A stretch of 64,000 bases of DNA from NCBI RefSeq assembly GCF_009914755.1, contig NC_060941.1; one strand, given 5' to 3'. The notes under the pieces were generated by a model. The model was not told the DNA's origin. It saw only the letters and a program-made list of their open reading frames with translations, and made no database searches. The position numbers were made by a program, and so were the translations under genes. The DNA is from the human T2T-CHM13v2.0 reference genome, Homo sapiens. Within the stretch, counting starts at the first letter, position 1; each line of letters begins with the position of its first letter. Shown one piece after another: positions 57,001 through 64,000 of the stretch.

Positions 57001-57950
57001 TCATTACTGGAAAACCTCCACGTTGTCAATAGATATAGACAACGGGGCTCTTCTGGTTGAAATACTAAAACAAACTGTCAATTCTGGTGACCGCATTACC
57101 TTCGTTTTTTTGTTTTTTGTGTTTTCTGTTTTTTTTAATGACCCAGAGGCCCCACCATTACTCAAGAGTTTTGATCATCGTCACATGGTTTCGTCTGTGC
57201 TAAGTCTGTTGCCTGCTTGGCTAGCCATGGGGGCAGCAGTGAGTGATTCATCACCTGCTACCTGTCCACGACGGGGTCGGTCTGTGCTCTTGCTGAGTAT
57301 CTGGCCTGTTTGTCAGGCTGTGTGGTTGCCGAGTACTGTGTTCAAGGCACATCTTGTCCCTGAGAGGCTGCCTCCCAGGAGACGCGTGCAGGATCAATGT
57401 ATCTAATTCATCCAATGGATATTTACCTCATTAAACAGCAATACATTCAAACAGAAAAATGAAACCACACACATCATTAAAGCTAAATACGTTTCCTTTC
57501 TTTGTCTTAGTTTTATTTTCTGAAGGGAAATGCAAGTAGCTCTGCATAACGAGAGGCTCATTGCTGGAGCAGGGCGAGAAGCTGAAAGCATCGAGGCAAA
57601 GAGAGATAAAAGGATATTGGCTCCCAGCAATATCCCTCCTTGCAGGAAGTAAGCGGTGGTGAATTCATATTTCTACATATTAAGCTGTTCTGTCGGGGTG
57701 GGAACACCCCTTCGTCAGTGCAGGGGAGAATGTTGGCAGGGCTGGCCGTGCCTGTGGGGATGAGGTATCTGTCCCTGCCAGCCCAGGAGCAGCAGCTGGC
57801 CCTCCAGTGTGGTCTCTCTAGGTGGTTTCCCCTTGCCCTTTCCAGGCTGAGCTCAGACCACATTGTGGGGCAATTGCCAGAAGTGATTGTCTCTAGTGAA
57901 TGGAGCGCCTCTTCTTTAGAGTGTTAAGGATATTAATTAGGTGGCACCAA
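57001..57950. promoter_or_regulatory. Candidate enhancer / conserved non-coding element
   Basis: Apparently non-repetitive. 21 CpGs in ~910 bp versus ~4 in 58561-59460; ATTA/TAAT, CATTGT, GTGGGAA and CAGCTG motifs. Function is inferred only. Confidence 0.4.
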
Positions 57951-58684
57951 GTTCATTTAGTCCTTGGTTTGTAGTTAAATCTGTTATGACCCCATAATCT
58001 TCTTGGGATTGTGAAATGGTTAAAAAAAAAACCCAGACTTTTCACTCTCTTTCAGGATTTTACTCAGATTTGTGTGTTTGACAAACTAGCTAGTAGTTTA
58101 TGCTCTATAGCAGACATTTTTGCTTGCCTCCAACACATCTATTTCTTCCTTTATCCTGACCTCGGTGTCCAGATTTGCTTTGGAGGAACAATCTCCTGCT
58201 AGGATTAGCTTCGGGTATTGACCCCACTCTTAATTCTAGGGATGGGTTAGATTGGCTTGAGCTGATTAGTATGTCCTGTTTCCAGGCATGTGACACAATT
58301 TGAGCAAATGAGACACAAGGTGCCAAGAAGGGGATGGGGTGGATGGGCTGCCATTCTCACAGGCAGGAGCTGGTAGATGGCATACAAGGAAGCTGGGAGG
58401 TGGGAATTAGTGCGGCCCTTTATTTGTATCCTGAGGATGAGGGACATCCTGAGGATGAGCCTGGCACACAAAGGAGGCCAGAATAGAGAGAACAAGGGCT
58501 GGCTCTGCCATGACAAAGTGAACTTCTGGAAGAAGCCGTAAGTGAGGCCAGTTTCTCTCTGGGTTGCAAAGGGAAGTTTGCATAATCCTATCCACCACAG
58601 AAATGGGGAAAACTAATGGCCAAAGATTATTTAGTCTCATCAACAAAGGAATGCTTTCTGTTTCAAAATGACAGATTCTGTAGG

Positions 58685-58890
58685 AGCTAATATTTACAGA
58701 GAGCATGTGTCAGGCATGAGCTTATATGTTATGACTTGTTTAAGCCCTCAGATGACCCAGTGAGGTGCATACTGTTATAAATCCATTTTACAGGTGAGAA
58801 AACTGAGCCACAGAGAGATTAAGTAATTTTCTAAGTCACAGAATAAGTTAAGTGGCAGAGCCAGGATTCAATCTGACATCAGATTTCTCA
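58685..58890 (-). mobile_element. MIR
   Basis: CCATTTTACAGGTGAGAAAACTGAG...GTGGCAGAGCCAGGATTCAA. Confidence 0.85.
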
Positions 58891-60216
58891 CCATCCTGTG
58901 CAACTGTAGTATTCTACAACTCTACGATTTCCAGAAACAGAGCCAATGACTCTTCCCACTGGGAACTATCAACCATCCAGCCAATTTCATTGCCCAGAGC
59001 TTTTCAGCTTTTCTCAATTCCATCTCCTTTGCCCAGATGATAATAGTCTGTTGCAGTCACAAATCATCTCGCCTCCTCCTCCACATCTGACACTCTGGTT
59101 TCTGTAATGTGCATCTCCCTAGCTCTATATAAGAAATGTAACCAACCCACTTCCACCTGCTCCTCAGCACCTGCTTTTCTACAATAGTCTCAAATGCAAA
59201 GTTCACCCACCCAAGGAAGCACTCAGTGGGATTAGATTTTGAAGGAATGAACACTTAACATTCCTTTACGTTTAGATAAAAGTTTTGAAACCTTATTCAC
59301 CCTGTGACATACTGGTCTTGCCCAGGTCCTGGGGGAGCGCAGAGCTGTGGAATGTTTTCCCATTGCCCTTCTCTATCCTCTGGTCAATTCTATCATGCAG
59401 GCACATTCTTGGGCATATTCTCCAAATTCTCCATGCAGGGAGCCCTCCAGATCTTCACACTCAATCTCCTTACACTTTGATATTCCCCAGGGCCCTGCTT
59501 CTTGGTGCTGTCCAAGCTCTACTTGCTGTGTGATATGGTGGAAAGATTTGAGATGGGAGCTGCCTGGCATGATCAGGGGCACTTAGAGAGCAATGAAAAA
59601 GGGCGCATAATGACAAGCAGTGAACAAGTCATCATAGCATCAATGTTCTAAGAGGGTCCTGACTGATACCTAAGCTTTCCAAATGCTACCACTCTAGAAT
59701 CTCTTGTTAAGTACATGAGAAGGGTGTGTTTATGTATCTACAGGGGTAATACCCACCCCCTCCACAGCCATTCTCTACCCCTTCCACATCAAGCAGTCAT
59801 TGGCTTATCTGTTTGAATAAGCACACACACATGACTAGATATTAAAGGGTAATTTTTATAAATCAAATCAGAAAACCTTGAGGCTGTACCAGGTATGCCC
59901 CAGTTCCATTCACTTTGCAACTGAACCATCTATTGATCCATCCGCCTAGCCATTCATCTAACAAAACTTTATTGAGTACCTACATGTGCCACTGTGTCAG
60001 GCACTGGGGATACAAAGATGAAAAAACACGTATTTGCTTCCCCTGGAGCTTGTACTTTAGTGGAAGAGAGACCGCGTATTTCATGATATTCAGGTAAGCA
60101 TTTTGACAGAGTTAATCACAGGGTGTCACAGAAGCAGAGAAGAGGGGCCAGGCTTTGGGAACCAGAAAAGCCTTCCTAGCAAAGGTGACAATTGGGATTA
60201 ACTGCTGTGAATCACT

Positions 60217-60652
60217 GTGGCAGATACTAATTACTCCCTGGTACCTGTCCTCTTTCTTCCTTCTGGTAATAGAACCTACAAGGTTTTAGCTGGGCCCAGT
60301 GACCAAAGATCCATTTTCCAGCCTCTTTTACATCTAGATGTAGCCATGGGACTAAATTCTAGTCAAAACAGGATATGAGTGGAAGAGATGTTTGATTATA
60401 TTTTTCACAAAGGTATTTTGTTCTCTGCTTCCTTGTTCCTATGTGGATAAGGTGGAGGTGATCTGACTCTGACTATGTGGATAATACCCTAGGGGATGAA
60501 AGAGACGTAAGATACAAGGAAATGGGGCCCCAGGATGACTCTGTGGAGCAGAGGCACCTACCAGCCCTAGACCTTCCACCCATGTCTCACTGCAGCTGCC
60601 GTATGTGGGTGCCACTTTGTAACAGCAGCTTAACCTGTACCTTTACAAAATA
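60217..60652 (+). mobile_element. MLT1I/J-like solo LTR
   Basis: TGTGGCAGA...CATTTTCCAGCCTC...GTAGCCATGGGACTAAATTCT...TTTGTAACAGCAGC. Confidence 0.75.
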
Positions 60653-62475
60653 GCTGACCACCTTCAGGCTCATATTTGCTGAGAAATACAATCAGATAAG
60701 ATATTACAGTGTCCCCTCCCTTTTGGTAAGTATGATCTATAAGTAGTTGGTGGTCACCCTACTTTGATATTCAGAAGGATCTGGAGGTAAATGAAACATT
60801 GAATTCTGGTGAGAACTTTGAGCCCCAGTGAATGCCCATATGATATGTAGTTAGTGTTTCCCTGCTAGGCCTTCTATTAGGTTTCTACTTTGCGGCTAGA
60901 TGTTTGGAGACAGAGTCATTTATAGTGATGAGAGAGGTGATGGAGCTTTGTTCTCAGCCTATGATTTGGGCCACCTGTCCCTCCCACTTACTTCCTGCGG
61001 ATCTCTTCCCCTTGGGCTTGCCACTGCCCTTGGTAAAGCTATATATCATCTTCTCCAATTCAAAGATACATTCCTGTTCTTATTTCTGAGATTTTCTAAG
61101 ACGCAGTACTCTTGAAGTTGTATCCCACTCACTCCTTTTGAATTATAGTCTCAGATTGTGGATCCTTTCTAATGGCATCTTCATTTGGTACATATTTTTA
61201 GAGCCTGCCATTGGTCCCAGTATTACCCTCAGTCCTCCTGTTCAACTTAAACCAATGGAGTAGGTTAGTTTGACCCAGTATCTGTCTTTCTGCATTGGTT
61301 CTCACTCAGTGCTCTGTTGGCATCATCCCCAGAGGAAGTTTCTGGCGTGCTTTATAGTTGGAGCTATATAACTGTCTTAATGCATCATGATGATTCTCCT
61401 TCTCCTTCTTCTTCCTCTTTGTCACATGACCAAGATCACATCTAAAAACTACTCTTTGGACTAAATATTAGAGAATGAAGACTGCCAAGGACTTCACTAC
61501 CCTCCAATATTTCCAATGTCTGTCAGTCAGTGAATTAGAAGGCAGTTGGCTGTGTCTCCCCCAGAATATATCTACAGGCAATGGGGCAGGTAAGGTAGCA
61601 TCTCCAGGGGATTCCCTACTCCATGCAATCTGCCTGCGTGAGCCCCAGCCCTTATGGACCAAAAAGGAAACAACTGCGGGAGTCATGGGAAATCATCTGT
61701 GGAACTAGATAGACTCTCAGACTCCTGCCCTCCTATGATTAGTGTCCCTAAGTCCTGGATGGCCTGGGGCTCCCAGCCCAGTCGATCTCTCTCTCCTCTG
61801 CCCCCAGCTGCAGTGCATGCCTCTGTGATACCACTGCTCATACTGTACTGTTTTATTTGAGAATGTGTCTCTCCCTCCTTCAAAGTGAATTATGTATCTT
61901 CATGTCTCCAGAAACTAGTACAGCACCTGGCACATAGGAGGGGCTTGGGAAGGGTTTGTAACATGAATGAATCCTCAGAAAGCTCAGCTGACACATTGGT
62001 TGCATACCCTTATGAGTGGCATCTGAACACCTAATCACAAAACAATCCAGTTTTGAAATTCTGGATGCATGTGGCATTCCATTATTCATCTTCACATATC
62101 ACACCACAGCATGTGTGGTCCACTGCCCTGTTGCCTGTCATTGCTCATTTTCCCAGTCCTAAGAGTCTGAGACCTGCCTTTCCTCTTTGTATCCTTTGTT
62201 TGCCAACAGGTCTTTAGCTAGCTCTTGACCCTGCCTGCTCAGTGGCTTCTGGTTTCTTAGCTGAGGTGCTCCCTATTTCTGGCTGGATTCTATGAAGCCT
62301 CTCACTAGTCCCAGGCTCCCTTGGTTGGAGGGAGTGTGCAGGGATTTGGATAATATAGTGTGTGAACCAAATTGGAAAGCTGGTTGACTGGCATTTGAGG
62401 AAGACATCAGAATAAGAAATTTCAATTAAAAGACACTCCTCCTTAATTCCAGACTTCTACATCATTCTACACATG

Positions 62476-62506
62476 CCTCTTTTTCTCTTTCTTTCTTTCT
62501 TTCTTT

Positions 62507-62588
<82 letters not shown>

Positions 62589-62683
62589 TTCTCTCTTTCT
62601 CTCTTTATCTCTTTCTTTCTCTCTTTCTTCCTTTCTTTTTTCTTTCCTTTTTCTTTTCTTTTTATTTCTTCCTTTCTTCCTTC

Positions 62684-62730
<47 letters not shown>

Positions 62731-62746
62731 GTATATATATGTATAT
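62476..62746 (+). repeat. Complex (TTTC)n-(CT)n-(AT)n microsatellite
   Basis: About 240 bp of almost pure pyrimidine followed by an AT-dinucleotide run. Confidence 0.97.
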
Positions 62747-63383
62747 AACATTATCAAATAAGTGCCTGGAAATTAACCCTCCTACTGAGCTCATTACCTG
62801 GATACCTGGAACTTTATACTGAATGCTCAGACAGCCCCATAAGCATTTGGACAAATCTCACCATAGCATCTCTAGGCCCCCCTGAGTCATAGGAGTCCTT
62901 GACTCAGGACTTTTCACAGTTTACAAGTACCAACAAGGCACTTTTTTTTCTGCTTAGGAAGAACATTTTCCCTTTAAATGTTTTGTTTGCCTTCAAGTCC
63001 ATTTGAATACAAAAATACTATGGAATTCCATTAAGATAATGTCTGGGGCATAAGACACCAGGATAAAAGGCAGGAAATTGCTCTATTCTTTATGCAGAGC
63101 TCCAGGAGGAGCTGACAGTTCCTGGATAACTTCAGGAAGCAGACTGTTAAGAAAATGAGTGGGCCATATTTCATGCTGGCTTCTAGCTTCCCCTGGCTGT
63201 TTTTGTTAGGAGCTTAAGGGATTGTTAGAGCAATAATACACCAGGCTGGTTTCTAATGCTTTCCTCCAAATGCTGAAGTTTCCTAATTGTTCAACAGGAA
63301 AATTGTTCCTTGGGCTGAAAATACATTCTTAAGTCCCTTCAGGTAAGTTAGTGAAATGAGTAGAAGATCTTTGAGTGTGGGCC

Positions 63384-63712
<329 letters not shown>

Positions 63713-64000
63713 TGATGATAGGTAACTTATTCAGAACAGGAAAGGTCTGCCCCTTTTCCTTGAAGAATGAATGATTTGGAATCTGGAGAGGGGAAGAGAT
63801 TAATGCCTAGCCACACAGGGAGATTCCTGATTTTTGGTCCTCCAGCTTTCTCCCATCTTTTGTGCCCAACTTATGTGGAGATGTGTAGAAAAGTTCTCTA
63901 CCAGAGTATTTTTCTTGGTAGCTGTTGGATTCAAGTCTTAAAAACTGTAAGGACCAGCTTGAGAAAGTTTCCTCAGGATAAAGCCAGAGAGAGTGTAGTC

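Noticed and set aside
62462-62854. 130-aa K/E/R-rich and 91-aa F/L/S-rich ORFs
   Set aside because: Artefacts of the (TTTC)n microsatellite.
50168-63348. Consensus splice donors (AAG|GTGAGT at 50171, CAG|GTAAGC at ~60094, CAG|GTAAGT at ~63343)
   Set aside because: Isolated matches occur by chance, and I could not pair them with acceptors into a coherent exon chain.

Overview
This window is human (primate) non-coding genomic DNA. An AluYa5 carrying all five diagnostic bases points specifically to human. I found no supportable protein-coding exon, RNA gene, processed pseudogene, CpG island or CRISPR-like feature; the listed ORFs are chance or repeat-derived. A large part of the window is transposable-element debris: about 18 Alu/FLAM pieces, L1PA/L1M, L2, L3, MIR, solo LTRs (MER74, MLT1, LTR8, MER31, MST/MLT1A) and DNA-transposon relics (MER2, Tigger2a, MER5B, MER58A, MER63A, MER96, MER102). 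Family and subfamily names come from my recall of consensus sequences, not from a RepeatMasker run, and boundaries of old elements are approximate. The most notable observations are: (1) a ~400-bp local duplication (44685-45083 / 46788-47194) that crosses repeat boundaries; (2) a second, older local duplicate later split by an L1; (3) an apparently near-complete ORF1-only (HAL1-like) LINE hosting a deep nest of insertions; (4) two twin-primed (5'-inverted) L1s with TSDs; (5) a very young AluYa5; and (6) several unique, motif-dense or CpG-retaining blocks that look like enhancers, the best at ~57.0-57.95 kb. I see no evidence for a new multi-gene biological system, and I cannot name the host gene or locus.
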